This document shows, in pieces, positions 51,129 through 64,000 of a DNA stretch of 64,000 nt. The DNA is from Nymphaea colorata. Its lineage: Eukaryota. How positions within the stretch are numbered: position 1 is the first letter of the stretch; each line of letters opens with the position of its first letter. Both the position numbers and the translations under genes were made by a program. The notes below the pieces were generated by a model, which was not told the origin of the DNA, did no database searches, and saw nothing but the letters and a program-made list of their open reading frames with translations. The DNA lies in contig NC_045138.2 in NCBI RefSeq assembly GCF_008831285.2, positions 36,890,001 through 36,954,000 of the forward strand, read 5' to 3'.

Positions 51129-52382
51129 ATGCCGTCTATGGCGTGTCACAGATCGGATAGATCCGGTGGCCGCCGCCTCACCTGGCTCGTCAAATCCTGC
51201 TGGCCAGACACACTTCCGGAGGCCCACCGCAAATTCGCCCACGTCCCGCCGGAGGACCACCAGCCGTCTTCCATCTCCGCCCTTCCTGACGACCTACTCA
51301 CTGAGTGCCTCGCTCGACTCCCTTCATTCTCCCTCCGCTCCGCCTCTCTCGTCTGCCGCAAGTGGGCGGAAACACTATCCTCCCAGGCCTTCTATGATGC
51401 CCGGCGCCGACTCGGACGTCTCAACCACCTGCTCACGGCGTTCTCCGGCGCCCCCTCGGTCGTCCTTTCGGCTACTCTTCCCCTCTCCGCTCCGTCGGAT
51501 TGGGCGCCCGCCCGCCCGCTTCCACTCTCCGGCCTAACCCTCTCCCACCTAGCCGTTGTCGGCCGGGACATCTACCTCCTCGGCCGTACTCCGTCCGCTG
51601 CATCGGTCACTCTCCGGTACGACCCATGGTCCGGTTCCGTTTCGCCGCGAGCACCGATGCGCCGCCCGCGTAAGCGCTTCGCGGCTTCCGTCATTGCCGG
51701 GAAGCTCTATGTTGCTGGCGGAGCCGTCCGCACGCTCAGCGGCGGCCGGGAGGCGGTGAACTCCGTGGAGGAATACGATCCAATAACCGATACATGGCGA
51801 GACGTGTCGGTGTGCGCGACGCCCCGGTACGGGTGCCAGGGCGCGTCGGTGGGAGGCCTGTTTTTCGTGCTCGGCGGTGTGAGGATCGTGGGGACAGCGG
51901 GGCCCAGAAGGAGGGAGGGCTACGTCTACGAATCGAACATGGACACGTACGACGCCGAAGCGATGACGTGGCGGCGGAGGAGGGCGGTGGTGCCCATCGG
52001 CGGCTGCGTGGTGGCGTCCTGTGGAGCAGGAGAGTTCGTCTACGTACTGGCGAGTCACGCGGTGGGCGTTTCGTTCTGGCGGTACGACTGGAAGCGGGAC
52101 GAGTGGCAGAGAGAGCCGAATCCGGCAGTGGGGGAGGGCGGCGCGCCACCGGTCCGGGTCGACAACGCCCTCAGGTTCACTCTTGCCTCGGCCGGTAACC
52201 GGGTTCTCCTCGTCCAGACCGGCGGGAGCGTGTGCGACCTTTGGCGCCGGAGCGGGCGCAGCGGCCGCGGCTCGCCGGAGGGCCTGGTTCTCGTTTACCA
52301 CTGCGAGACGGGCGAGTGGAGCCGGGCGCCGGACCTGCCTGTCGCAGTCAATGGCGCTGTTTGTGGGTGCGTCTACTGTTGA
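51129..52382 (+). CDS. F-box/kelch-repeat protein, 417 aa, intronless
   Basis: F-box ISALPDDLLTECLARLP...ASLVCRKW, kelch repeats (GKLYVAGG...VEEYDPITDTW; GLFFVLGG), N-terminal TWLVKSCWPD. An alternative start is ATG 51138. Resembles the At5g26960-type family (recalled). Confidence 0.93.
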   Translation: MPSMACHRSDRSGGRRLTWLVKSCWPDTLPEAHRKFAHVPPEDHQPSSISALPDDLLTECLARLPSFSLRSASLVCRKWAETLSSQAFYDARRRLGRLNHLLTAFSGAPSVVLSATLPLSAPSDWAPARPLPLSGLTLSHLAVVGRDIYLLGRTPSAASVTLRYDPWSGSVSPRAPMRRPRKRFAASVIAGKLYVAGGAVRTLSGGREAVNSVEEYDPITDTWRDVSVCATPRYGCQGASVGGLFFVLGGVRIVGTAGPRRREGYVYESNMDTYDAEAMTWRRRRAVVPIGGCVVASCGAGEFVYVLASHAVGVSFWRYDWKRDEWQREPNPAVGEGGAPPVRVDNALRFTLASAGNRVLLVQTGGSVCDLWRRSGRSGRGSPEGLVLVYHCETGEWSRAPDLPVAVNGAVCGCVYC

Positions 52383-55140
52383 GACAAGGACGGTTTTGAT
52401 CTTCGGTACTTAAATTGCATTTCCTCATTTCTAATTAATGATTTTGTACTGGTGGCGAACTCTTACGTTTTTTCATTGGATTTGGGTGGAATGGCTGCCT
52501 TGAAGGAAGGGTTGGATTACTGGTTTCGGGAGGTAACGATTTCGCATTCCTGTTGGCCATGACTGTTCCAGATTGAGAGTTGGTATTTACATGAATGGTG
52601 CAGATTGGAAGTTCGTATGTCCTTTTGCGGGTGCTGGATCCGCAGCCTGGTTAGATGTGTGACTTGGGTTTCTTTCATCTTTGGATTGATGGGGAACTGC
52701 TGGAAATGTGATTACACATGGTTTGATTAGGGTTGATCCAAACGGTAAACTTGATGCAGGAGTGCATAATGGGAGTATTAGTATAGAAATTTTAGAAAGG
52801 GCAAAAGAGGAAGAAGAAAGAATGAAGAGGATTTGATGGTTGGAACAGTAACAAAGTGAGAAGTTATCGAAGAATGTGAAGTAACTCTGGTTATAGCATG
52901 ACATAGAAAGAAATGAAGGTATTGACCTCGTCGCGCCGACTTGGTTAAAGCTTGATGAGGATGGGTATGATTCTTTTCTCGGCTAAGTCATTGATATTCA
53001 GTGTTCTATCATCAAGATACATATCTTATATGCCATTTACTATTTAATGAAGTAAATATGTTCCTTTATATGTAAATGCAAGTTGGTTGCAGGTGGGAAG
53101 CAGATTAAGGTTAGACTTGCATTTTCATATTGCAGGAGATCCTCCATTTTGGCTCTCACAACTGTACATTATGCCAAGATCTTGATCTTCATTGCTTTGT
53201 TGCAGTATTCTATGACCTTTTAATCCATTTAGTCTGAAGATAATAAATTATTATCATTATGGTTATTGTTGTACTGTAATGGATCTCATCTGATCTGCCG
53301 TCCAACAAAATGTAGCTGTGCGATGCTTGATCAGATTGCATTCCCAATTGGGTTGCCAGTATCTACAGTTGATTCACTTAGTTCCAAAAGGAAGAGTGTC
53401 AAAACGAATAACCAGACATGGTGTGAGCATCTAAATCATAAACATGATACCCCATATAGCTCAAATGAATGCCGCAGCCCTATGATTAGCACGCCGTCGT
53501 ACATCCTCTGCGAAAATCAAGGAGTAGACGCGCTCAAAAGCAAAGCGCTTGAGCCACTTCTAAGCTTGTCCAACAACCATTTTGTTGGGCAGTAACGAAA
53601 TATGTACCCTGATGATCAATCATTCTCCTGCGAAAATGTTTGCATGTTATGAGATGAAAAATTATGTCATCATTGGCACTTTTCTGTTTGATCTTACCGT
53701 TGAACAGAATGTTGATAATGTTCAAACGGTGTTATTAAAATCAGCTTATTCCAATCTGGATGAGCAAGAAGTATGCAACCCATCGCATGCAAAAGAGCTC
53801 GAATGCCCCACTTTCGTATTGTCTCCAAGGTCCACAACTGCGTCGGAGATTGGGGTTGGAGGTAGGCCAGGTTTGTAAAACTAGATTTTTAGAAACCCAG
53901 CCACCTGAACGGGCCTAAAACTATTGAGATAATAGAAGTCACCTTGCTTTCTACACATAGCACTGTTGACGTGTTCGGGATGCGTTAGGGCAGCTCAAAA
54001 CTCTGGCTGGATCCTGCTTGATCTTGATAATTAAAATGATTTTCTTTAATTTTTCCTTCTATGTTGCAAACCTTCTACTCTATATTAACTCTGTCAAAGA
54101 CGAAATCTACCATTTGCGAATCGTATCCAGCCTTCCTTTTTCAGTGTCTTCCTCGTGTGCTATCAGAACCCATCCACTGTTTCTTATATGCAGCAACGGT
54201 GTACGTTAACCATCAAATTGGTCTCAAAGTCATGCTTATAGGGTTGGCTTGCATAAGTTGCCTGATATATATAGTTTCCTAATATATATGCGTTCATATA
54301 TACGTTCTTGCGTGTGTGTGTACAGTGCTCATGGTACTCTTTAAAAGCAGCACTTTAGAAACCGTGCATTTTCAATGCGTTTATTAAATTTCATAAACGT
54401 CCAGAAGAGCAAAGCCTGTACATTGATAGTAAAGCATGAAGAATGCATTCATGGAGACAGTTATTGAAAGTGGGGAGGGAGAACTTCTACAAGACATATT
54501 AGCCGAGACATTGTACACAATACCTAGTTCAGAACCGCAGTAAATGATAGTGGCGCTTAGCAAGTCATCAACAATCATAGAAAGGGTTGGTTTTCACTTG
54601 TATCGAGACAACAGATGAAGATTGCAGGCGCATGGCAAGACATGGACTGTACATATTATTAGTATATCACTATCCTCTGAGAAACCTCACTCCTTCCCGA
54701 CAAAACTGTACAATAATATGAAGTGCAATATGGATATCTGAGGCAGGACAACAAAAGCTAGTGTCCAACCCTACATTTTCATAACACAAGGGACCACTGC
54801 TTATCAAATTTCAACAGAACAGCTTCACGTTGATCCAACTTATAAAGCCTTCAAAAAGGAATTATTGATGGTCTGGCTATCAGTGATCTTGGCTCGTTCA
54901 GCACCATCATGTTTTTGTCAGAATAGAAGACCAGCCTTGCACCTCAACCAACTCTCGGCATTGACATGAACACCCAGTAAAACCAGCAATGAGATACGAT
55001 AGGCTTCACAGGACTCATCCATCTTGGCAGTCGGTGCAAACTGAAATGAGATAGCCCACTGCAATGAGGTAGCCCATCACTTAGGTTTTTGTCTACCATC
55101 AAACCGTCATCGACCCATTATCCACAACGTTCTGCCATCT

Positions 55141-56476
55141 TTACCTTCTCCGACTATAACCGCTTCCATGGGAAGAATGATGTTTCTGGCGTGGCAGGCC
55201 AGTCCTGCCTGCTCCATCCCACATGCCTCTACCAGCAGGTCTACTGACAATCCCAGCATTCGCCGGTGTCCAGTTACTAGGTTGGGCTACTCCACTTGGA
55301 AACTCCTCCTCTTCTCTGTCATTGTATTCCAGAATAAGCCGCTTGATATTCTGTTTCTCTTCCAACTCAGCTGCCTCCTTCTCCTTGGAGCTCTGAACAA
55401 GTGAACAATCCCGAGGGATGTACATGTGCTTGGTCTGCTGTTTGTTCCCTCTTTTCACAAGAACACGCACGGGAACCTTGCTACTGCCTCCACTTCCCTC
55501 TTCATCCATTGTTTCATCTCCACTCTCCCCATCCGCATTCCTTGTATGGTCTTTGACCCCTTCAAATACATTCATTGGTATCATCATATTTAGTGTGGGT
55601 CGGGCCCGTAATTCTAGCTTGCGTGACTCCAAACTCTCCTGAATTAGTGCCCGAAACTCACGGTCAAAATCAGCTTGTTCTTGTGGATCAATATCAACTG
55701 GCTTCTGCCTCACAGGGACATCATCATCCTCATCAGTAGCCGTGGGTTCACCAGCATCTTCATCTTCTTCTTCCTCTTCACACTCATCGTCATGATTCTC
55801 TGACTTGTATTCGTATAAATCTTCGTCATCTTGACCATCAGGATCAATGCTCCCACTTTCAGAATCACTCACACTGACTGCATCCTCAGGGCCCACACCA
55901 CTGTCATCAATCCCATTTGAAGGTCTTTGGCCATTTTCTGTCATGGAGGCAGAAGGACGGATTGTGGATTTGCGAGGTTCTGTATCTGAATGCTTCTCGC
56001 TGTTCGCTTTGTCCATAGCAGCATTTCGATCATGCTCCTCTAGTTCAGTTAATGCTGCATTTACTTCTTCAACAGATGAATAGCGAGTCATGTTTGGACG
56101 TAAGTCTGCGAATAGGTCCTGAAATCATTACAAACGACATCCTTACTAAACCAAGATTAACGATTAGAAGTCTAGAACTATCAAAAACCTGCAATAGCAG
56201 CTACCTGAAAAGATAGCAAGGAGTTCAATATTTAATCAAAACAACAAAGCTAAAGAAAGCATATCAACCTTTAAAGCATATATATGTCATCACGTGTGTA
56301 TGCAAAAAAACTTTGTTTGTGCTATTTGTAATTTTCTTGCTAAGCCTACATTCTAAGAAGTGGATGCAGGTGTCCGGTAGGTCAGAGTAAGTCTCAGACA
56401 GAGACAATAATATCCAAGCTCCCCTTTATGTTGACTTTGTCAAAGGTCTGCATCTTTCCAAGTTCTACATATCCAC

Positions 56477-56512
<36 letters not shown>

Positions 56513-57948
56513 AGGTCGAGTGGTTCAGAAGTACCATTTCAAAAAAAAAAAGAAACGAATTGTAGAAAGAGGAAAGCCAATGGGATCTCAGGAGTCCATC
56601 ATGAACATACCTGACACTGTCTATTGCTCTACATTTCCCTAATGCATGACGATATCAGTTTCACATACTCAAATACTTGAAGGCTGAACGACTATTACTT
56701 TTCATAACCTTATGGCACCTTTTTCCAGAAAGCAAATCAAATGAATAATAAAAAACCAATGACATATTGAAAAATAATTATACATGGTCCTTTTACCATG
56801 TACATGTACATAACCACTCCATAGTTCATAACTAGGAAAACAGTTGATAAGGAGCAAAGCGTAGGAAAATCGTGATTGTCTAACATAGAAACAATAAAAA
56901 TTGCATTAACAGCCAAAAACTTTTTAAGACAAACAACCGAGACAGACGAAATATGACCAAAGATTTTTGCAACTTTAAAAATTATCAAGATTATCCAACA
57001 TAGAAACATTAAAAAAATGCATTAACGGCCAAACTTTAAGAGAAATCACGGAAGCAAATGAAAGTTTTTTGTAACTTTAAAAACCAAGTTCTCTTGGTGA
57101 AATTAAGCAAACCAAAAAGACTATAAATCTATAATATAAACATATTATAAGGTGAAAATGCAAATACCTGAATGTCAAATTCAATATCCAAAGGTATGGA
57201 CCCTTTACTAAGAACATATCTTTGAAAGTATATCAGGAATTTGTCAAGCTTTCTCTTGGAAGAACCACGGTCAAAGTAGTGCCCACATGTCTGAAGAAGA
57301 GTTATTATCATCCTGATGCGGAAACAATCCTCAGGTGGGTCCAGTATGTCTTGCTGGTAGACAAGAAACAAGGTTACGATATTATCATAGACAATGAGGA
57401 TGATGAAAAGGGAAATTCAGTTTGTCATTCATAACCAAAATAAACTGTACACATAATCAAGCAAGTTCAGAAAAGGAAAACCAGCAAGAAAGAGAAGAAA
57501 TAATAACCACAAGCTATATGTAATTCACCTGACACTATGGAGAGAAGCACAGAACATAACCTTTGAAAATTCAAATCTGATAAACTACTCTCAGTGACAT
57601 AAATGGAATGACATCTGAAACGCATTTACGCATTTTGGATAATGGACTGATGTCCACCCAGTTGGCTTCTATTTGGACTCTAAATGAAAATTTTAATTTA
57701 ATTCTAGTTGAGATCAAAACTGTAATGATGTATTGTTCTAGATTCAGATCTAATATAGGTCTGATCCATTTGTGCAGCAAGTCATCATATTATAAGACAA
57801 CCATCTTATTTTTCTATATTAAATAAGCTTCATGATGAAGTCACTGCACAACTACCACCAACAAACTGAAAAAATATATATATGTATAGAGGGGGAATGG
57901 AAAAATGATAGAGAATAAAAGAGCACATCGTAAATGTACACAAATAAG

Positions 57949-57992
<44 letters not shown>

Positions 57993-59413
57993 ACTATATC
58001 AATATGGAAGCAAAATCAGTCAGGTAAAAGGAGAGGGTGCATTCAACTCATTCCACAAGCAGCCATTTCAGCTAACTCAGCTGATCCTGATATAAATTGG
58101 TTATTTCTTAGTCAGAGGACCCAGAGTTACCAGGGGTTATCCAGCACAGAGAACAAGGCATGGTGAAGTAATAAATGTAGTGGTAAGCTAGCAATGGGTT
58201 CACGGTGATGTTCACCCTCAGTCACAGCCATCTTGCATTTCACTTTTCCTGGTAAATATAAGGACAATCCATATATATGTACATAGGGACTGTACTCCAC
58301 ATTTATCCACCATTCAGCACCGCCCACCAGTTCAGCCCTTTTCCGGCCAGTTTTTAGAAATCCAACTGTACAGATATATGTGCAATGTCCAAAACTATAT
58401 GCATGTATAGATCTATCCTAAGGGATTAAAATGAATATTTTCATATTCAACAAAAATTGGGGCCAGAGGATCACACGATCACATGTACACATGGGATTCC
58501 AACATCTGTTTCAGGTATATAGATTTAGATATTCCAACCACACTTATCAGGCTCAATTTTTAGAAAAATAACACACACATATATGTGTGTGTGTGTGCAT
58601 AGAGAGAAAGAGTGAGAGGCAGGAGAAACAGGCGAATACCGGACCACTAACGTTAGGAGAAAAACCAAATAGCTTGGAATAGATAATTAAAATGTTCTTA
58701 TGTAATCTAACCCATAGCCACAAATATCGTTCTTCGATGATGTTTTTCTCGGGTATTTACTGGCACAGTTGTTTTTTTTTTTAGAAAAAAACAATCTCAA
58801 GAAAATCTTGGAGTTTTTTTTAAAAAATAAAAAACCAAAATGTTATGTAAAAATACAATAAATGAAAAAATGATAAGTATTATATTGCATTTAAAGAGGT
58901 CATGTTAAACACTTAAAACAAGAGGAAATAAAACAATGAAACAAAAGTTGAAAAAAAAAACTAAAAACAGAAAATGAAATAAAAAAATAAATGAAAAAGT
59001 CGCGTTAAATTCACGACAAATTCATTTTTAACATTCTTCAATATGTCACGATATTTTCCTGTTTTTATCATTTTCTTTGTTTTATTTCGTTAATATCGTA
59101 ACTATCGGGATATTTGCTATGGTTGAACCTTATAGATATGATCTTTAGAGAAATTTAATAGGAAACGTATATTAGGTCGATCATTTTTTTTAGTTTAAAT
59201 GTCTTTTTATTCATTAAAAAAAAAACTAATGACTCTCATAACATAAAAATTTTGATACTAGAAAAATCAATAATTCTCATGAAAACAACTTAAATTAAAC
59301 TATGTTTTATACTGAATTACTATTTATATGCATGTTAGTGTTTTCACATTTTGTTCAAACTTCAAAGTATTCTAATATGAATTTAAGTGGCCTAGTTCCC
59401 TCTCTCTCGCGCG

Positions 59414-59444
<31 letters not shown>

Positions 59445-62400
59445 ATGAACTAAACAGTACAAAAAGTGTTGCAAAATAGTGCATTTCTTTCCTACCAAGC
59501 TAATCCATTAATCTGATAGCTGCAGGGTATGTATTTTTCAGTGATTAAGGGCCATCACAGCAGAAGTACAATGGATTGCACAATATAGAAAAAGCCACGC
59601 AAGGAATTAACAGTGAAAAGATCCAACCAGTAACAAAGAAATGAGGAAATATCAATCTACAATAGCATTAACAAATAACATGACAATAGGGAACGTTCGA
59701 AAGAAATTCAGAAGAAACAATTCCTGATGGACATGGAAAATGAAAGCATGCCAAGACCCTCACCTCGGAAGTCCCATGACCAAAAGTGATAATCAAATAC
59801 AGTGTTTCAAAAATTACAGATGAATCAATGTGTTCATAATTGTACAGCTCTCCCAAAAACCGCATATGTGCAATACGCCGCTGCTGCATCCCATAATCAT
59901 TCAACTCCAATCCAAGTCTGATTTCTTCCAAGACCTGTTAAAAGAATCTCTATTTCAGATTGCAATCAAGGCAGAATGACAAGGATGAACTGTGACGTGA
60001 ATACTGAGAGCACCAGAAAATTTTGTGGCTGTAACTCAGACAAAAATGAAAAAAACTTAGAAAAATGAGCACCAACAGAATGGAGTTTATGAAAACATCC
60101 AAAATATAATGAGGAAGAGGCTCTCTGTCATGAGGCATGAGTAAAAACTGAATCGTCCTAAAAAATATTTCTAATTAAATTCAAACTGAAAGTAAATCAA
60201 AATTCCCACGTCACCCAAAAGTCAGAACAGATACACACATTTTCCTGTTGTAATATATACACCACAGTGCAATGGGCAATGGCTTATCTAATTCTAGGAA
60301 CAGTCAATGGCCAGTTAAACCTCTTTGCACTTACATATCTAGGTCAGTCCACAAATACTTCACCCTTAACAAGAAAACTAATTTCAAAAGATAGTCCAAA
60401 ATGCACATTCTTCATAGTAGCATACCATGGAGAAGAACCTCAGCAACAAAACAGACAACAAGACACCAGAATATGAACGGTATGAGATTAGGCAGTAAAG
60501 GGAAGCTGCAAAGGGTATTGAGGTGAAAGACGTGAACGACATTTACAATCCTGCCACTCTGCACCCAGAGTTCCAGCATCGTGCTTTCCTCCTAAAGTAT
60601 GGTAGTGACCAGGGCTTACTCAGGGTTTACCTACCAAAATACAGGATTGTAAAACAAACTTGGCAAAAGTCAGGGGAGCGCTGCAGTAATGCAAACAGAT
60701 AAATCTGTTAGGACTTTGAAGCATTTTATATTCATTATATTTTCTATAGGAGAATTAGAGGCAGCATATTTGATATGCATAAAATGAGGTATCCTGAAGT
60801 GTTTCCCAGTGAAAAAAAGGTAGACTTGTACAACGAGATCAAGAATTTAAATCTGTAGAAGTGGGTTAGCCAACATAGAGTGAAGCAACTATGCAAATTG
60901 GGATAACATTCATCATCTAAAGATTCTAAACAGGATATAGCTCAAACCCAAAACAGGGGCGAAAAGGGGAGGTGCAGGGATCTAGAGGCAAAATCATGGA
61001 TGAAGTACAGAAATGAATGATACAAAGTCTCTTGCAGTTTAACAAGGAACACAACTCTTCCTTTTTCTGTTTTGTCATTATCTCCTCAAATGATAATCAA
61101 CAACTGAGATCTCTAGTCCCCCACATTGATAGCCTTCACAAGGTTAACACATAGACAAGGTATTGGTCCATTAGAGTTCCAGAGTTCCTAACAGACCGCT
61201 CATTTCTAGTGTAACAAAACACACCCAACTATACCCACTAAGAAAGACAACCACAGAAGTGTTTTTTCATAAGCAAAATTAGAAGAATAAAACAAGTGAC
61301 TAAGAAAATAGAAAAGGTACCTCATCAACAACTGCAACAGCAAAATCATCATGATAACGGCTCAGACCGGCAGTAAGCGATGCAATCAGATGAACTTGAC
61401 TATATTTTCCTTTATGAACTTTCATAAAGCATTTTAAAATATATTGTTCACATTCACCCCATGGTAATTTGCGTAGTTGACGCAATATGTGCTCAATAGA
61501 AGATTTATCCAGGTCAGTGAAGATCAACTTCCTTATATACTGCAAACAATTAAACAAAAAAACAATTAGGTGCCCATAACAAGAGATTGTGGCAGCACGT
61601 TGACTTTTACTTACTTGATACAAAGGAGGGCGAACTTTTGAGACTCGAGCAGATCTCTCTGGTGGCTTGCACAAGTAGTAAGCATTTTCCACAAGAGTAC
61701 TATGACGAGGATCTAAATTTTTAACATTCTTCAACCTCATCAATATCTCTAACATGTTGGCCATGCGTATAGTTGTTTCAGGAGATCGATAGAGGAAACG
61801 TCCACATGTTTCAAGCAGGCTACATGCAACATCAATGTTGTGATGGGTGAAATCGTCTAAACATGCCTGCACATGGAAAAAGATGTATTAAAAAGGGATC
61901 TCTAATTGTGTTCTTTATTTTGAAGAAAGAAGTCCTTTTTCTTGCTTCGACCGCTTAAAGTACCAAAAGGGAAAAGGAAAATTAAAATAGATACATATAT
62001 AATGTATACAAACAAAGAATAGTATGAAGAAGTGAGATTGGATGATCACCATAACTGCCAAATTTCAGTCATTACATTTATCCTTTCAGAAGAAGTTATT
62101 GGATTTCAATAAAGAAACTAAAAGCTGTTAACAGGAGGTCAAACCAAGGTAGTGCTAGCATACAGTGAAGCAAAAAAATGGTTAACTAAATGGTCCCAAA
62201 AATTTGGATCCACTACTTTTATACTTATGAAGCTAGGAATCTTCAAGCCAGATCCTATTTAGACATTTTGCAATCCCTAGCTTCATATTCTTCTTAGATT
62301 TCATCATGCTTAGCTCCAAAATTCTGATAGACACAAGTTTTAGCAAAATTGGTATCCAATCAATGGCATGACCAATTTGTGGCAAGTGATAATACGGACC

Positions 62401-62829
62401 AACATAACTTTTTCTTTACGGACCAACATAACTTTTTCTTTCATATTAGTTAGTTGCAAAAATAAGACATGAGGACAGATTGGTTGGGAATTAGCAAATA
62501 TCAAATTCATTCAAAAGACCCACCTTGATCAAGATGACCTAAAAATACAGTTCTAAGTGGGAGAAAAACTGCGAGAACGTACCTAGCTCAAGAATCTTGC
62601 ATACAAAAATAGGCAAAAGAAGTTTCGGTCAACTAACATAATCATTGGCTTAAGCTGGACATCAAATAGGAGGGAGGAGTTACTTAGGAATTCCTTAATA
62701 ATATAGGAAGGAAAGAAATGCACCAACCTTCAAACAGGTGAAAACAAGTGCTGGAGATGCAATTCGAAACTTTGCTAGCTCCCCGATGAACCTTATGTTT
62801 CTAATCTTTGTCTCAATGTTCATTTGATC
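55141..62829 (-). CDS. UPF2: Regulator of nonsense transcripts UPF2, 3' portion (last 6 coding exons; 5' exons lie beyond the window)
   Basis: Exons 62829-62728, 61866-61615, 61539-61321, 59934-59764, 57353-57168, 56118-55141; all phase-0 GT-AG. MIF4G motifs KIRNIRFIGELAKF, DFTHHNIDVACSLLETCGRFLYRSPET, QRRIAHMRFLGELYNY, FRIRMIITLLQTCG, then an acidic region and UPF1-binding-type C-terminus (DFDREFRALIQES...VLVKRGNKQQTK). Confidence 0.96.
58713..59121. mobile_element. Degenerate MITE-like element in a UPF2 intron
   Basis: Imperfect inverted ends CATAGCCACAAATATC / GATATTTGCTATG around an A-rich interior with GATAT/ATATC motifs. Flanks ATCTAACC and GTTGAACC match only partly. Confidence 0.45.
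62393..62440. repeat. Perfect tandem repeat, 24 bp x2
   Basis: TACGGACCAACATAACTTTTTCTT twice. Confidence 0.92.
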
Positions 62830-63558
62830 CTACAATAACAAAGAGGAAAAGGAATAAGTCAAACAAAAGCAAGATAAAAACCTGATAAGCACTCCAACAT
62901 CTTCAGTTTCTGCATAATCCATACAACAGGAAATTACTTCTGTTGCCATTATAATATACATGTAGAAGGGACCACTTATGAATGAAATACAAAAAAATAT
63001 ATAGAAGTAGAAAACCTCACGCAAAATCCACAAACATACAATGTAATAGCACCTATACAATGTCTATCTGGTTCAAAGGACAAGAGTAGAACATGTAATC
63101 CAAGATTCTTCCAAGCTCACATGAACCAATCCAAATGAGTTTGGGTTTTGGCTCTCTGACAAGAACAAAATGATCAACCTTCAAAATTGATTGGTGCAAC
63201 AATAGGCGCCAAAGCCCTTGTAATTGTCAAACTTGAAAAGCTCAACACAATAGGAAAGGATCCAAATCCGTTCATGTGCCACAGTCTCAAAATGACCACG
63301 TATTTTTTGTAGTTAAATTTTGGAATTATTTTTCCTTTCTCATTGAAAGAAAAACCTTAACATGAAGATCTCAACTTCCATCACCAGGAGTGTTCACTAC
63401 TGTCGGTGGAAGAATTCATCAAATTCCAGTAAACACAATTTAAGTTGACCAAATCAAGTACTTATGGAGAACCAACTAGCTCCTTTGAAATTCTTTCAAC
63501 AATTCTAACAGACACCACAAGATATTCAAGATGCCAACAACAAAAATGCTGGTGATAC

Positions 63559-64000
63559 CAATGTTATCAAAGGCGTAGTGTATCGCATATCGATCGGGCT
63601 GACCTATACGCCGTATCGTAAAATTAATTTTTTATTTTTAAAAAAATATTAAAAAATCATAAAAAATAGAAAAAATCATAAAAAATCCAAAAAAAAAGAA
63701 AAAATCAGAAAAAATCAAGAAAAATGTATTTAAAGGAACATTCATGTATATGAAGTATGAACAACACATTCCAAAATAAGAAATGAGACATTCAAAATAA
63801 CATAATAAGCAATCGAAGAGAATTCAATTAGATCACAATTCATAAGTTCAAAAGTCAAAACATATAGTTATCATCTTTCATGATTCAACGATAATCCTCG
63901 TCAATCGTTCCCACCGTCCCCACAATGAGAAAGAAAGCTTCTTCACTGGCAAAGCTTGATGCAAATGGAGAAAATCTCTCCCTCCCACGTCTCTTGCAGT
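63559..64000. mobile_element. Second copy of the same hAT-type MITE, in a UPF2 intron, truncated by the window end
   Basis: Starts CAATGTTATCAAAGGCGTAGTGTATCGCATATCGATCGGGCTGACCTATACGCCGTATC, nearly identical to 17786 onward. Shared internal blocks: AAGGAACATTCATGT, ATTCAAAATAACATAATAAGCA, ATCATCTTTCATGATTCAAC, AAAATCTCTCCCTC. Confidence 0.88.

Noticed and set aside
51549..52301. 250-aa antisense ORF and other overlapping ORFs in the F-box gene
   Set aside because: Shadow ORFs expected from GC-rich coding sequence; no recognisable domain.
55141..62829. Functional link between UPF2 and neighbouring candidate NMD targets
   Set aside because: NMD acts in trans; proximity is no evidence of a system.
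1..64000. Conserved miRNA precursors, snRNA genes (USE element) and U12-type introns
   Set aside because: By-eye search found only short partial matches (e.g. CTGAAGTGTTT at about 60794, TCCCACAT variants) without hairpins or gene bodies. All modelled introns are ordinary GT-AG. A computational scan could still find non-conserved RNAs.

Overview
Eukaryotic (flowering-plant) nuclear DNA, gene-rich and euchromatic, with GT-AG introns, microsatellites and small non-autonomous DNA transposons. The species cannot be fixed from sequence alone. I reconstructed eight protein-coding genes by hand: a two-exon GT-A-fold glycosyltransferase-like membrane protein (-), SCAB actin-binding protein (+, 12 coding exons), a B1-type cyclin with MSA promoter elements (+, 10 exons), an intronless GARP/MYB factor of the MYBC1/PCL1-like clade (+), an ER-membrane bZIP17/28-type factor (+, 2 exons) convergent with PsbP-domain protein PPD6 (-, 3 exons), an intronless F-box/kelch gene (+), and the 3' part of the NMD factor UPF2 (-). 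There is also a tRNA-Leu(CAG) gene, a complete hAT-type MITE with an 8-bp TSD plus a second truncated copy, and many short local tandem duplications. I found no clearly novel multi-gene system. The best leads are regulatory: a His/Arg-rich uORF in strong start context plus a possible 3'-UTR intron on the GARP gene, a tRNA-like Pol III A/B-box element, a possible divergent unannotated transcript upstream of SCAB, a probable bZIP/PPD6 antisense overlap, a likely pseudo-catalytic second domain in the glycosyltransferase, and apparently deep gene-order conservation. Exon models are manual and lack transcript support; Arabidopsis locus numbers are recalled from memory and need verification.
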